Source of the DNA: a candidate division WOR-3 bacterium
GTDB lineage: Bacteria; Hydrothermota; Tepidihabitantia; SM23-42; CAYGYG01
DNA length: 56,319 nucleotides
NCBI GenBank assembly: GCA_965648915.1
Contig: CBFGIV010000012.1
Coordinates: forward strand, 1 to 56,319
Direction: 5' to 3'
Program-made: the position numbers and the translations under genes
Shown here: piece by piece, positions 9,910 through 20,116 of the stretch
Numbering within the stretch: the first letter of the stretch is position 1
How the letters are laid out: each line of letters begins with the position of its first letter
The notes under the pieces: generated by a model
Database searches by the model: none
Told to the model about the DNA's origin: nothing
Seen by the model: the letters and a program-made list of their open reading frames with translations, nothing else

Positions 9910-10707
9910 ATGAAAAAAGCCATTGCGATTATATTCGTCATATCGTTTGGCGGGATAGTTTTTGCCCAGGTCGCGCCGGACGAAAGCAATGTTTTGAAGA
10001 TGCTGGAGCAGGCAAAGGTTTACTATAACAATGGTGAATATGAGAAAGCGATCACCGAGATCGAAAGGGCATTGAATGTGCTCTATAAACTGAAGCAGAA
10101 TGATCGGGTTGAGGCTTATAAATACCTCGGATTCAGTTATGTGGCGTTCGGTGATGTTGTCAAGGCCAAGGAGTCTTTCAAGCGCGCCTTATCGATAAAT
10201 CCTGATCTGAAACTGGATCCGGCTACGGTCTCACCCAAGATAATTCAGGTCTTTGAGCAGGCGCGGGCAGAAATGCCTAAATCGGTCGTCGGTGATACAC
10301 TCCAGGAGGAACCTGAATATAAACCGGTTGATTACACTGGAGCAACCTGGCGTTCAATCCTGTTGCCCGGCTGGGGTCAGATGTATAAGGGAGACGAAAA
10401 TAAGGGAACGGTATTGATGGTTAGTTTTCTCTCCTGTTTAAGCGGAGCGGTTGTATCAGCGATTATTGAAAGTCGTGCCCATAATCGATACCTTGAGGAC
10501 CCTTCCAAGTATAATGCCTATAATCTGTGGCATAATATAACGATGTGGATGCTGATCGGAACGGGCGGGACCTGGCTCTTTGGTGTGATTGATGCGGCAC
10601 TGGTCAGACCATCAACCAGAACTTCTTTTAATCTCGATACCAGGTCGGGATTAGTGTTTCGACCTGAATCGGAAAGAGTGAGTATTGGTTATCTCAGGAA
10701 ATTTTGA
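9910..10707 (+). CDS. Exported TPR protein with C-terminal DUF5683-like hydrophobic domain
   Basis: AGGAGG SD; signal peptide; TPR helices; RSILLPGWGQMY motif; ends in Phe. Confidence 0.7.
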   Translation: MKKAIAIIFVISFGGIVFAQVAPDESNVLKMLEQAKVYYNNGEYEKAITEIERALNVLYKLKQNDRVEAYKYLGFSYVAFGDVVKAKESFKRALSINPDLKLDPATVSPKIIQVFEQARAEMPKSVVGDTLQEEPEYKPVDYTGATWRSILLPGWGQMYKGDENKGTVLMVSFLSCLSGAVVSAIIESRAHNRYLEDPSKYNAYNLWHNITMWMLIGTGGTWLFGVIDAALVRPSTRTSFNLDTRSGLVFRPESERVSIGYLRKF

Positions 10708-10724
10708 AATTCAGGAGGTTTAAT

Positions 10725-11633
10725 ATGATAAGGCGATTGATCTTTTTGTCAAATCTCTGTCTCTTTCTATCATCCTGTGTCTTCCAGGCCCAGCACGATG
10801 CAGACTATGACCCAGAAAACCCCAACAAAGTTTATATGGCGGGTAAGGTGAAGAATGCAGTCGATATCCCGGTTTCCAATGTTATTATCAGACTTAATAA
10901 CGACAGCCTGACAGTTACCAATGATCAGGGGCTGTTCTCAATCGATTCGATCGATCCCGGTATCTATACTTTTGAGGCTAAGGCCTTAAATCCTCTTTAT
11001 GACATATTGAAGATTGCGGATGCCTGCAGTCTCTGGGCGGGCCGGGTGATCGAAGATACATCATTCTATTTTAAGCGGGCGGTGTGGGATATGGAGATGG
11101 AGAAGACCGATATGCCGGCAGTCTGGCGACCGTTGATGGGGGCCTGGCGGATAATACCTGATCCCGAAAGACCTCTTAATAAGATTCTCGGCGTAATCGG
11201 TCAACATTCCTTTGGTTATTATGGTCAGGCGATCTGTGAGCGTGAGTTCAGTAATTTTATATACGAAATAAATGTCCAGCCGTTAATGAATAATGGTCCG
11301 GCCTGGAAAGCGGGTGTCCTCTTTTGCTGGCAGGATACGGCCAATTATTATCTCTTCATCATCAGTGAGACGGAGATTGCCCTCCATCGGCATACTAATC
11401 GGGGCCGAGATACAACACTATTTAGCGCTCCCCAGGGTGTGGTGCGCGGTATCTATTATAAGATAAAGATTGAACGGTTTAATCCTGTAATAACAATCTT
11501 CTTAAAAGATGAGAAAATCTGTGAACTCCACGATGGTTTTTTTGCTTCAGGGAAGGTCGGTCTGTGGTTGATTGCTGAGGTTGCGGATCAGTTTGCTTTC
11601 CACTTCGATAATATCTGGGTGGAACCGAAGTAG
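10725..11633 (+). CDS. Lipoprotein with carboxypeptidase-regulatory-like domain and ConA/DUF1080-like domain
   Basis: AGGAGG SD; lipobox LSSC; TVTNDQGLF..DSIDPGIYT; SGKVGL...FDNIWV. Confidence 0.7.
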   Translation: MIRRLIFLSNLCLFLSSCVFQAQHDADYDPENPNKVYMAGKVKNAVDIPVSNVIIRLNNDSLTVTNDQGLFSIDSIDPGIYTFEAKALNPLYDILKIADACSLWAGRVIEDTSFYFKRAVWDMEMEKTDMPAVWRPLMGAWRIIPDPERPLNKILGVIGQHSFGYYGQAICEREFSNFIYEINVQPLMNNGPAWKAGVLFCWQDTANYYLFIISETEIALHRHTNRGRDTTLFSAPQGVVRGIYYKIKIERFNPVITIFLKDEKICELHDGFFASGKVGLWLIAEVADQFAFHFDNIWVEPK

Positions 11634-11637
11634 ATAG

Positions 11638-13326
11638 ATGGCGCTGCTGATCATTTATGATGAGCCGGGAGGCAGTCGTGAAGTAAAAATCGATAAGGAT
11701 AAGATCTTAATCGGCCGGCGAGAAGATAATGATATCGTCCTGAGCGATATCTTTGTCTCAAGATCCCATGCAACGATTGTAAAAAAAGGGGGCGAGTATA
11801 CGATCGAAGATAACCGATCCACCTATGGAACCTTTGTCAATGGCCGGAAGATAAATAAGGCGATATTGAGATACGGAGATGAGATTCGAATCGGCAACAC
11901 AATTATCGCATTCATCGATGAGCAGATGGTGGATCAGGTTAAGATCAGCCCGTCAGCCAGATTTATCGGACCGGCAGTCGATTTTAAGAGTGAGGTTGAG
12001 GATTTAAAAAAACTGGCAAGGGAGAGTGATGAATCAACGTTCATCAAGCGGTTGGAGCGCCTGACCTCGATTTTTGAAAACTATGAGGAGAAGATCACTG
12101 AACTGGAACGGTCCCGGGAACTGACCAGCGCCCTCTATGAAGTATCAAGGATTATCAACTTCGTCTTTGACCTCAGGGTTTTGTTAAATCTGATAATGGA
12201 TATTGCCCTAAAGATTACCAGGGCGGCACGGGGTTTTGTTATGCTTTATGACGAGGCAAATGATGAATTGAGACCGATGGTTGCCCGAAATATGGGGGGT
12301 GAGTTGTCCCGGGAGACGATTGACATCAGCCGGTCGATTGCTTTACGGGCGCTCGAGGAGAAGAGAGCAATTATTACTGAAAATGCCTGTACCGATGAGA
12401 GATTCAAAGAAGAGGCCAGTGTAATTGCCTATAAGGTGCGATCGGTGATTGCCGTCCCGATGTTCAGCAAAGATCTTTCCCGGCTCGGTGTAATCTATGT
12501 AGATTCACCAATCGCACGCCCCTGTTTTGATGATAAAGATTCAGAGATTCTATCTGGGTTTGCCAGTCAGTCGGCACTGGCGCTGGAAAATGCCCGTCTG
12601 CTTGAAAATATCCGACGCGAGGAACGGATTCGCCAGAACCTCTCACGATTTTTCTCGCCCAGTGTTGTTGCCAAGATTATGTCCGAAGAAGGGCAAGTAA
12701 GTCTGGGTGGTGAACAGAAGGTGGCTACGGTGCTCTTCTGTGATATCAGGGGATTTACCGCTCTGGTTGAAAAGTCTGAAACCAAAATGATTGTCGAGAT
12801 GCTTAACGACTTCTTCAACCGGATGAGCGAGCAGATCTTCCTCCACGATGGAACTTTGGACAAGTATATGGGTGACTGTGTTATGGCGGTCTTTGGTGCA
12901 CCGATTCTCCATAAGGATGATGCGGCACGGGCAGTACGGGCTGCCCTCGGTATGAAATGGGCGGTGGGTGAATTAAAGAATAAATGGCGTCGGGAGAAGA
13001 ATTCAGAACTGGTTGAAGGTTTTGATGTCGGGATCGGGATCAATACCGGGGAATTGATTGCCGGTAATATTGGCAGTGAGGGAAGATTAGAATACACGGT
13101 AATCGGGGATGTCGTAAATCTTGCCTCACGGCTTGAAAAACTTGCCCTACCCGGACAGATAATCATTAGCGAGTCGACCTACCAGCAGGTCAAGGATGAA
13201 TTTGAAGTCAAGAAGTTGCCCGAGGTCGAGATCAAAGGGAAGAGTCAGCCGGTTAAGATATATGAGGTGTTGGGTTATAGACCAGGGCTTGGTGAGCCAG
13301 GTCAGGAACTCACCCCACCGAAGTAA
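11638..13326 (+). CDS. FHA-GAF class III adenylate cyclase
   Basis: FHA IGR..DNDI, VSRSHA, STYGTFVNG; GAF; catalytic LFCDIRGFT, DKYMGD, YTVIGDVVNLASRLE. Confidence 0.92.
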   Translation: MALLIIYDEPGGSREVKIDKDKILIGRREDNDIVLSDIFVSRSHATIVKKGGEYTIEDNRSTYGTFVNGRKINKAILRYGDEIRIGNTIIAFIDEQMVDQVKISPSARFIGPAVDFKSEVEDLKKLARESDESTFIKRLERLTSIFENYEEKITELERSRELTSALYEVSRIINFVFDLRVLLNLIMDIALKITRAARGFVMLYDEANDELRPMVARNMGGELSRETIDISRSIALRALEEKRAIITENACTDERFKEEASVIAYKVRSVIAVPMFSKDLSRLGVIYVDSPIARPCFDDKDSEILSGFASQSALALENARLLENIRREERIRQNLSRFFSPSVVAKIMSEEGQVSLGGEQKVATVLFCDIRGFTALVEKSETKMIVEMLNDFFNRMSEQIFLHDGTLDKYMGDCVMAVFGAPILHKDDAARAVRAALGMKWAVGELKNKWRREKNSELVEGFDVGIGINTGELIAGNIGSEGRLEYTVIGDVVNLASRLEKLALPGQIIISESTYQQVKDEFEVKKLPEVEIKGKSQPVKIYEVLGYRPGLGEPGQELTPPK

Positions 13327-13435
13327 ACAAACATATCAGACAAGAGGAATTTTTATAAAAAAACTGTTCTTGACTTTTGTTAAATTGTAATATACCGTAT
13401 AGCATACTTTGTTAATTTTTTATAAGGAGGTTACA

Positions 13436-15271
13436 ATGAAGGTTATGTTAGCTGTGATGTTAAGTGGGATGGTCTTAGTATTATTTGCCCATCCCAGCAA
13501 CGAAGGTGCCTACGGCACATTCAGATCGATCTCGGCCGAAAATGGCGGTGCTGGACATTTTCACCTGGGTTTATATTCACTGGGATTCAATGGCGAGCGG
13601 GATGTGTCTATTACTGGTGAGCCGTCAGGTGAGGCCCGTTATATCGGTGGGGATTTCTATCTCAATCTGGGTTATGCATTTACTGATCACCTATCTTTGA
13701 ATATCGGTAGTTCCTATCACAGTGACCGCCTGGAATACAAAAACACTGGATATAAACGAGCCAGTATGGGTTTCGGTGATACAAGATTCGGATTAAAACT
13801 CGGTTTTGGTTCAGATAAGATTATTTTTGGTGCCTATCCTTTCATATCATTGCCGACCGGTGATAACCGCGTGACGAGGTTGACAAAGCATAAATATCCA
13901 ATTTTTGGCGAAGCTCAAAGTAATCCGGGCGGTGTCTTCCGTTATTTTTCGAGTGATGCGCTGGATGTCGGTGTTGTCGGACTTTTCACTATCAAGGCAC
14001 GAGCTGTGTCGATTGATTTCAATCTCGGCTATGTTGATCGCAATAAGAATGACGGCACAATTGGTTTACGTAATAACTACTCAATTTATAATGCAACAAT
14101 AACCTGGAACCGTAAAGGGATAACACCGTTTATTGAATTTAGTGGCATCGATTATATCGGTAAAAATCAGCTGTTTACTTTTACCGATGATGATGTGTTT
14201 GGTCCTAACCCGGTCTATTTCACACCCGGTCTTATTTTGCTGCCCGGTAAGTTCAATATTAATCTGGCAGTTGATATCAGGGCCTGGGAAGGAGAGAATA
14301 AAAGACCTTTTCCGACCGCTTTGACCGATAGCACCAATATTACGACCGGTTGGGGAGCAACGCCGGCTTTTGCCGGTATCCTCGGTATTTCCTACTGTAC
14401 CGATTTTAAACCGGAAAAGCCAAAACCTGGCCAGATTGCCGGAACGGTCCTGGATGCCAGTACTGAACGACCGGTAGGCGCCGATATCGTTCTTTATGCA
14501 GATGGATCGATGATTTCTTCTCAGAGAAGTAATCTGGATGGGACTTTTACTTTCAGCAAGCTTGAATCAGGTTCTTATAATCTCAAGGTAAATGCTCCTG
14601 ACTATGAACCAGCAAGCACGGATGTTTTTGTAAAAGCAGGTGAGACGACACCGGTGAGATTTTCACTCATCCGTAAGGAAGGCACTCTGGTATTAAAAGT
14701 TGTTGATGTTGAGACGAAACAGGTGCTGAAATCGACTGTCGCAATTGGCAATATGCCACCGGAGACGGTTGACGGTGAGATAGAAAAGATTTTGAAAACA
14801 GGAAAATACCAGATTTCAGTAAGGGCAGTGGATCCACAGTATCTTCCTTATGATCGAGAGATTACAATCGTTAGTGGAAAAAAACTCGAACTCGAAGTAG
14901 CACTGGTCAAAAAGGAGTTTAAGATTGTTCTACCCCAGGTCTATTTTGAGACCGCCAAATCCGAGATAAAGCCTGAATCTTATAGTATACTGGATGAAGC
15001 GGCCGGGACAATCAAGAAAGTTTTCGAAGGTAGTGCCACAATTAAAATCGAAGTGCGGGGCCACACCGATAACCGTGGTTCTGACGCATACAATATGAAA
15101 CTTTCCCAGGAGAGAGCCAATGCGGTTAAAGACTATTTTGTATCCAAACATGGCATCGCGGCTGATCGACTGTTGACCAAAGGGTATGGCGAATCCAAGC
15201 CGATTGCTTCTAACAGTAATGAAGCCGGGCGATCCAGGAATCGTCGCGTTGAACTGGTAGTAAGCGAATAG
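13436..15271 (+). CDS. OmpA family outer-membrane protein (N-terminal beta-barrel, Ig-like linkers, OmpA C-terminal domain)
   Basis: AAGGAGG SD; signal peptide; VYFETAKS, GHTDNRGS..YNMKLSQERA, NRRVE. Confidence 0.88.
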   Translation: MKVMLAVMLSGMVLVLFAHPSNEGAYGTFRSISAENGGAGHFHLGLYSLGFNGERDVSITGEPSGEARYIGGDFYLNLGYAFTDHLSLNIGSSYHSDRLEYKNTGYKRASMGFGDTRFGLKLGFGSDKIIFGAYPFISLPTGDNRVTRLTKHKYPIFGEAQSNPGGVFRYFSSDALDVGVVGLFTIKARAVSIDFNLGYVDRNKNDGTIGLRNNYSIYNATITWNRKGITPFIEFSGIDYIGKNQLFTFTDDDVFGPNPVYFTPGLILLPGKFNINLAVDIRAWEGENKRPFPTALTDSTNITTGWGATPAFAGILGISYCTDFKPEKPKPGQIAGTVLDASTERPVGADIVLYADGSMISSQRSNLDGTFTFSKLESGSYNLKVNAPDYEPASTDVFVKAGETTPVRFSLIRKEGTLVLKVVDVETKQVLKSTVAIGNMPPETVDGEIEKILKTGKYQISVRAVDPQYLPYDREITIVSGKKLELEVALVKKEFKIVLPQVYFETAKSEIKPESYSILDEAAGTIKKVFEGSATIKIEVRGHTDNRGSDAYNMKLSQERANAVKDYFVSKHGIAADRLLTKGYGESKPIASNSNEAGRSRNRRVELVVSE

Positions 15272-15290
15272 CACTCTGCCCTTGAGCAAT

Positions 15291-15320
15291 AAAGAAGGCA
15301 GTATCCCTGCCTTCTTTTTA
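15291..15320 (+). terminator. Intrinsic terminator
   Basis: AAAGAAGGCAG-tatcc-CTGCCTTCTTT followed by T-rich tail. Confidence 0.8.
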
Positions 15321-15420
15321 TTTGAAGCATCAGAACAAACCGATTCCTGGTTAACATTTTCTCGACCTATCTCTTTTCCCCATATAGCCGTATGTTATTT
15401 ATGGTGGTTGATTTAAAGTT

Positions 15421-15490
15421 GCGGGAGTAGCTCAGCAGTAGGGGGCACCTTACCAGGGTGAGTGGCACAAAAGTTAACACCTGTCCCTTT
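15421..15490 (+). pseudogene. Degenerate tRNA-Gly relic
   Basis: GCGGGAGTAGCTCAG 5' end typical of tRNA-Gly; anticodon arm CACC-TTACCAG-GGTG; T arm and 3' acceptor strand degraded. Confidence 0.55.
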
Positions 15491-16523
15491 ACTTCAGGGA
15501 GGTGAGGATGGAAAAGAGAAAGAGTTTTTTGTTGGGGTTGCCCGATAGTTCGGTGAGGGCCGAATGGAGGCGCTCGGTTGAGAGGTAGAGTTTTTTTAGG
15601 TCACATTTTGCAATCTTCGCCTTGATTATTTCCAGATATTTATTATCGGGTGGGTGGCTGAGTTTTGCAAAGATTGATGCCCGATAGAGGATAAGAAGAC
15701 TATAGATAAATTCGACCAGTGGTTTATTAGCATAATCTTCAACATATTTAATTATTGTGGCGATCGGCAGGGGACTTTTCCTGAATACTTCAAGGGCCGG
15801 CCCTAAATGCTGGCTTGTATTTATCAACAGGGTATCATTGATACTGCCCAGGCCGAAATCTTGAAATCCGGCTGGACTTTCTTCAAGGGTGAAGGTTTCA
15901 AAAATCTCTTTAATTTCCGCACTGGTGAGGTAACGGAATGGCACCAGTTGGCAACGAGAACGGATTGTGGGCAAAACCGAATAGAGACGCGCGGTTGTTA
16001 AGATAAATATCGTCCCGGGTGGTGGCTCTTCGAGAGTTTTTAAGAAGCAGTTAGCTGAGGGTTGACTCATTCGATCAGCATCGAGGATAACAATGACCCG
16101 CCGTTTACTGCCGATCGGGCGAAAGAGTAATTGTGATTGGAGGTTGCGGATCTGACCGATACGAATTGTTGACCGATCTTCAAGTCTGGGTGAGGTATTA
16201 AGATTGATAAAATCCCTGGTATATTCGTAGATCTTACCAGCAGATTCGGCATCACTATCGTCGTAACGCGGGGGTATTGGAACGATCAGTTTAAAATCGG
16301 GAATGGTAAAGAAGTCGAATTTCTGACAGACCGGGCAGATCTCACACCCCCCCTCTGGACAGAGAAGGGATTTGGCGAGAAGCAGGGCGGTTCTTCTTTT
16401 GCCCACACCGTCCGGACCAAAGAAGAGAAAGTTGTAGATTTCACCCTTTTTGGCCAGGGTTTGACCGATGATTTTTTTGGCGAGTTCCTGTCCAACAATC
16501 CGGTTTAGAAGTAAAGGGGGCAT
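15489..16523 (-). CDS. holB: DNA polymerase III subunit delta'
   Basis: LFFGPDGVGK, Cys cluster, IRIGQIR, ANCFLKTLEEPP, LPTIRSRCQ. Confidence 0.9.
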   Translation of the reverse strand: MPPLLLNRIVGQELAKKIIGQTLAKKGEIYNFLFFGPDGVGKRRTALLLAKSLLCPEGGCEICPVCQKFDFFTIPDFKLIVPIPPRYDDSDAESAGKIYEYTRDFINLNTSPRLEDRSTIRIGQIRNLQSQLLFRPIGSKRRVIVILDADRMSQPSANCFLKTLEEPPPGTIFILTTARLYSVLPTIRSRCQLVPFRYLTSAEIKEIFETFTLEESPAGFQDFGLGSINDTLLINTSQHLGPALEVFRKSPLPIATIIKYVEDYANKPLVEFIYSLLILYRASIFAKLSHPPDNKYLEIIKAKIAKCDLKKLYLSTERLHSALTELSGNPNKKLFLFSILTSLK

Positions 16524-17657
16524 CTATCGAAGATAGGTGAGGGGGTCAACCGGTTTGCCATTTTTTCGTAATTCAAAATGGAGCATAGGCTCACCCAGTG
16601 AACCGATATCGCCGATCTTCCCGATCTTCTGATTTACCTGGACACTGTCACCGACCTGAACCAGAATCTCGGAAAGATGGCCATAAATCGTGTAGTAGCC
16701 ATCGGCGTGGTCAATCATTACCATATTGCCTAAGGAGAGGAAACGATCGGCATAGACAACCCGCCCTGCCCCAACTGCCGCGACCGCCTGCCCCAGTGGT
16801 GCTTTGATATCGATCCCATTGTTCTTGGTCACGGTATTGTATTTGGGATGGCGGATCTTGCCATAAGTATTTATTACCTTACCGGCGCAGGGCCAGGGCA
16901 AATTGCCTTTGGATGCTTCAAAATGGTGGACCTTACCGCTTACCTTTTTCCGGCTCTTCTCCAGGGCAATGATCATCTCTTCGAGGCTGCGCTGAGCCTG
17001 TTTCAACTCTTTCTCCAGTTCTTTTTTTTCTTTTCTTTCATTACGGATTGAGTCGAGCAGAATGGTTGTTTTCCGATTTTCTTCTTTGAGGATTGCGAGT
17101 TCATTGAGCCTTTCTTGCTCGGTCTCCTTGAGATTTTTGATCAATGTCTCATAATTGTCCTTCTGATAGAGATAGGTCCGGTGCAGACGCTTGAACTCGT
17201 CGAATGTCCGACGGTCATCGATGGCAATATACCTGAGATAATGGGCCGCAGCAAGGACCTCGGGAACGGTTCGGCTGGAGAGGTAGATCTCGAGTTCATG
17301 GAATTTTGACTGCCGGTAGATGCGGATGATTCGGTCCTTAAGGCCGCCCTTTTTCTTATTAATCGTTGCTTCAGTTGCCTTGATTTCAAGATTGACATGC
17401 TCCAGTGCTGACCGGTATTCATTTTCTTTAATCTGCAATGCCTCAACAAGTCTATTGATTAATGTCCTTTCCTGGTCGAGCATTTCGAGCCGGGCCAGAA
17501 CGCCGGTCTCCTTTTTTTGCAGTTCTGCCAGTTCAGTGCGGGTCTGGGTAAGTTTCTCTTTAATTTCTTCAAGTTCACTCTTCTTCTTCTTCAGGTCGGA
17601 CTGCCCATCGGTCAGCCCGAAGATTAAAAGAAGAATTATAAGAAAGTTCAGTCGCAT
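16524..17657 (-). CDS. envC: EnvC-like murein hydrolase activator (coiled coil plus degenerate M23 domain)
   Basis: Signal peptide, long coiled coil, LPWP, NNGIDI, YGHLS, LHFELR; follows ftsEX. Confidence 0.85.
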   Translation of the reverse strand: MRLNFLIILLLIFGLTDGQSDLKKKKSELEEIKEKLTQTRTELAELQKKETGVLARLEMLDQERTLINRLVEALQIKENEYRSALEHVNLEIKATEATINKKKGGLKDRIIRIYRQSKFHELEIYLSSRTVPEVLAAAHYLRYIAIDDRRTFDEFKRLHRTYLYQKDNYETLIKNLKETEQERLNELAILKEENRKTTILLDSIRNERKEKKELEKELKQAQRSLEEMIIALEKSRKKVSGKVHHFEASKGNLPWPCAGKVINTYGKIRHPKYNTVTKNNGIDIKAPLGQAVAAVGAGRVVYADRFLSLGNMVMIDHADGYYTIYGHLSEILVQVGDSVQVNQKIGKIGDIGSLGEPMLHFELRKNGKPVDPLTYLR

Positions 17658-18505
17658 CAGACAAACCGGTTGAGGGCGGTAATCGAACCGATAAAACCAA
17701 AAAAGCCACCCAGTCCAATATGCCCGATTAAGAAGAGTTTTGGATAGAAGATCAGGGTTGGGGTCCAGATCCGGAAGAGATAGATCAGACCGGTGATCAA
17801 GATAAAGGAGATGACCCCTCCGACCACTCCCTGGATAATACCCTCAAATGTAAATGGTAGACGGATAAATTGTTCCGATGCCCCGACCAGTTGCATAATC
17901 TCGATGTCATCTTTTCTGACCAGAATGGTCATTTTGATGGTCTGGGCAACTGAGAAGATTATTGAGAAGATTATGATTATGAGGATGAGTATGTCAAAAA
18001 GGATAAAGATCCGGGTAAAGTTCCAGAGTCGATCAATAATCTCACCACCATAGACTGTTTCGGTTACCCCCTCGATTAGACTGATCTTTTTGCTAATATC
18101 GCGGAGGTCCCGGGCATTCTTATAACGGTTAGCCACTTTGACACGTAGCGAAGGTGGAATCGGGCTCTTTTCAAATACATCCAGCACCCGGGCCTGGTCA
18201 GGGCCGAGTTCTATTTTTAAATCTTCCAGCGCCTGTTCGGGTGAAATGTAACGAACAGAAAATACGCCGGATATCTTCTCGACATATTGAATGATCTCCT
18301 GGGAAGAATAATTCTCATCGAGAAAGGCCAGGATTTCTAACTTATCACGAAAGTAACCGATGAGGGCATAAAGATTTAAAGTGATAAAGATGAAGAGGGA
18401 GAGAACGAAAAAAGAGACAGTGATAACACAGAGGGAGAGCAGAAAGAGGGCGCGACTGCGACCGATGGTTATGCGGGTTTCTCGAAGAGCAGTACTAATA
18501 GCCAT
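17657..18505 (-). CDS. ftsX: Cell division permease FtsX
   Basis: 4 TM helices, DIEIMQLVGASEQFIRLPFTFEG. Confidence 0.92.
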   Translation of the reverse strand: MAISTALRETRITIGRSRALFLLSLCVITVSFFVLSLFIFITLNLYALIGYFRDKLEILAFLDENYSSQEIIQYVEKISGVFSVRYISPEQALEDLKIELGPDQARVLDVFEKSPIPPSLRVKVANRYKNARDLRDISKKISLIEGVTETVYGGEIIDRLWNFTRIFILFDILILIIIIFSIIFSVAQTIKMTILVRKDDIEIMQLVGASEQFIRLPFTFEGIIQGVVGGVISFILITGLIYLFRIWTPTLIFYPKLFLIGHIGLGGFFGFIGSITALNRFV

Positions 18506-19157
18506 CAGCGATGATCCTCCCTTCATTCAACTTTATCAGACGTCTTTTAAACTTTTTGGCCAGGGAAAGGTCATGGGTGGCCATGATGACCATCGCTCCT
18601 TTGAGGTTTATCTCATGGAGGAGTTCAATAATCTCAAGGGCACTGTGACCATCGAGATTGCCGGTTGGTTCATCAGCCAGAAGGATAAAGGGTTCCCGGA
18701 TCAAGGCCCGACCGATTGCTACTTTCTGTTGTTCGCCACCGGAGAGTTGATATGGGAAGGAATTACGTTTATGACTGAGATGGAGCCAGCTCAACATCTC
18801 GAGCGTCTTTTTCTTTATATCCTTAGACGGTGCCGCGGTCACTTCGAGGGCAAAGGCGATATTCTCTTCGGCGGTTCGATCCTGAAGGAGTTTAAAATCT
18901 TGAAAAATAACCCCGATCTTACGCCGGAATGAAGGTATGGCACTTTTTTTGATATCAGAGAGATCCTGCCCGAGGACCTTTATTGTGCCGTGAGAGGGTT
19001 CTTCGGCCTTGAAGATGAGTTTTAAGAATGTAGATTTACCGGCTCCAGTGGGCCCCTGGATTACAACGAAAGAACCCTTTTCGAGTGTCAGGTTGATATT
19101 CTCAAGGCCGATCCAGTTTTTCTGATAGTATTTTGAGACATTCTGAAATTCAATCAT
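18495..19157 (-). CDS. ftsE: Cell division ATP-binding protein FtsE
   Basis: [40 protein letters not shown]. Confidence 0.95.
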   Translation of the reverse strand: MIEFQNVSKYYQKNWIGLENINLTLEKGSFVVIQGPTGAGKSTFLKLIFKAEEPSHGTIKVLGQDLSDIKKSAIPSFRRKIGVIFQDFKLLQDRTAEENIAFALEVTAAPSKDIKKKTLEMLSWLHLSHKRNSFPYQLSGGEQQKVAIGRALIREPFILLADEPTGNLDGHSALEIIELLHEINLKGAMVIMATHDLSLAKKFKRRLIKLNEGRIIADGY

Positions 19158-19159
19158 CT

Positions 19160-20116
19160 TCAGTTTAATCCTTTAATTCTTCGGGCTAATCGTGTGGTTA
19201 GTTTAATTGCGGCAATCATTGAAGCAGGAGAAGCTTGGTTCTGGCCCGCAATGTCAAAGGCGGTACCGTGGAGGGGTGAAGTTCGGATGAAGGGTAGCCC
19301 CAGAGTAAAGTTTACTCCGTAGGGTCTTGATTTGAGAAAGATCATCCCCTGGTCATGGTAGATAGCGAGAAAGCCGTCGAATTTCTGCTTGAAAAGGGTA
19401 TCGGCCGGAAATGGGCCGAAGGCTCTTATCCCTTCATTCTGGGCCTGCTTAATTGCCCGGGCGATAATCTCATCCTCACCGGCCGAGAACTCCTGCCCAT
19501 GGGGATTTAAATTTGGGACGCCGATTCGCGGCCGTTTGATCAAAAAGATATCTTCAAGCCCGGATTTGAGCAGTCTTAAACGGGCGACAATGTTTTTTAC
19601 AGTAATGCATTTAAATATTGTACAGAGCGGGATATGGGTGGTAAGAAAGAGAATTCTCTTTTCGCCACTTATCCCCATCATTGCATAATCTTTAATCTTG
19701 AAGATCTCGGCAAGATATTCGGTATGGCCGATAAATTTTCTGTGGAAGGTGCGTATCCCTTCTTTCCAGATGGGTGAAGTTACCAGCCCGTCAATCAGTC
19801 TGCGTTTGATAAGAGCAATCCCCTGATCCAGCGACTGGAGCGCCATCCTGGCTGATTTTTCATCGGGGGAGCCAAATTTAAATTTAGCTGGTGTTACCGC
19901 ATCAAGCAGGGCAGTGCCCGCCTGATACTCATTGAACGAAGATATAACATTTATACGAAATTTCTCGCCCATCTGTTTGCAGGTTTTTTCAAAGATCCAG
20001 GGGGAACCGATAATCACGGTATTGATGTGAACTAATTTCCTTGTTGCCTTGCAGATGATTTCGGGACCGATACCGGCTGGATCGCCCATTGTGATCCCTA
20101 TTACTGTTTTTCCCAT
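19160..20116 (-). CDS. pdxA: 4-hydroxythreonine-4-phosphate dehydrogenase PdxA family
   Basis: ITMGDPAGIGPEI, GHTEYL, LNPH, YHDQG, RTSPLHGTAFDIAG. Confidence 0.92.
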   Translation of the reverse strand: MGKTVIGITMGDPAGIGPEIICKATRKLVHINTVIIGSPWIFEKTCKQMGEKFRINVISSFNEYQAGTALLDAVTPAKFKFGSPDEKSARMALQSLDQGIALIKRRLIDGLVTSPIWKEGIRTFHRKFIGHTEYLAEIFKIKDYAMMGISGEKRILFLTTHIPLCTIFKCITVKNIVARLRLLKSGLEDIFLIKRPRIGVPNLNPHGQEFSAGEDEIIARAIKQAQNEGIRAFGPFPADTLFKQKFDGFLAIYHDQGMIFLKSRPYGVNFTLGLPFIRTSPLHGTAFDIAGQNQASPASMIAAIKLTTRLARRIKGLN

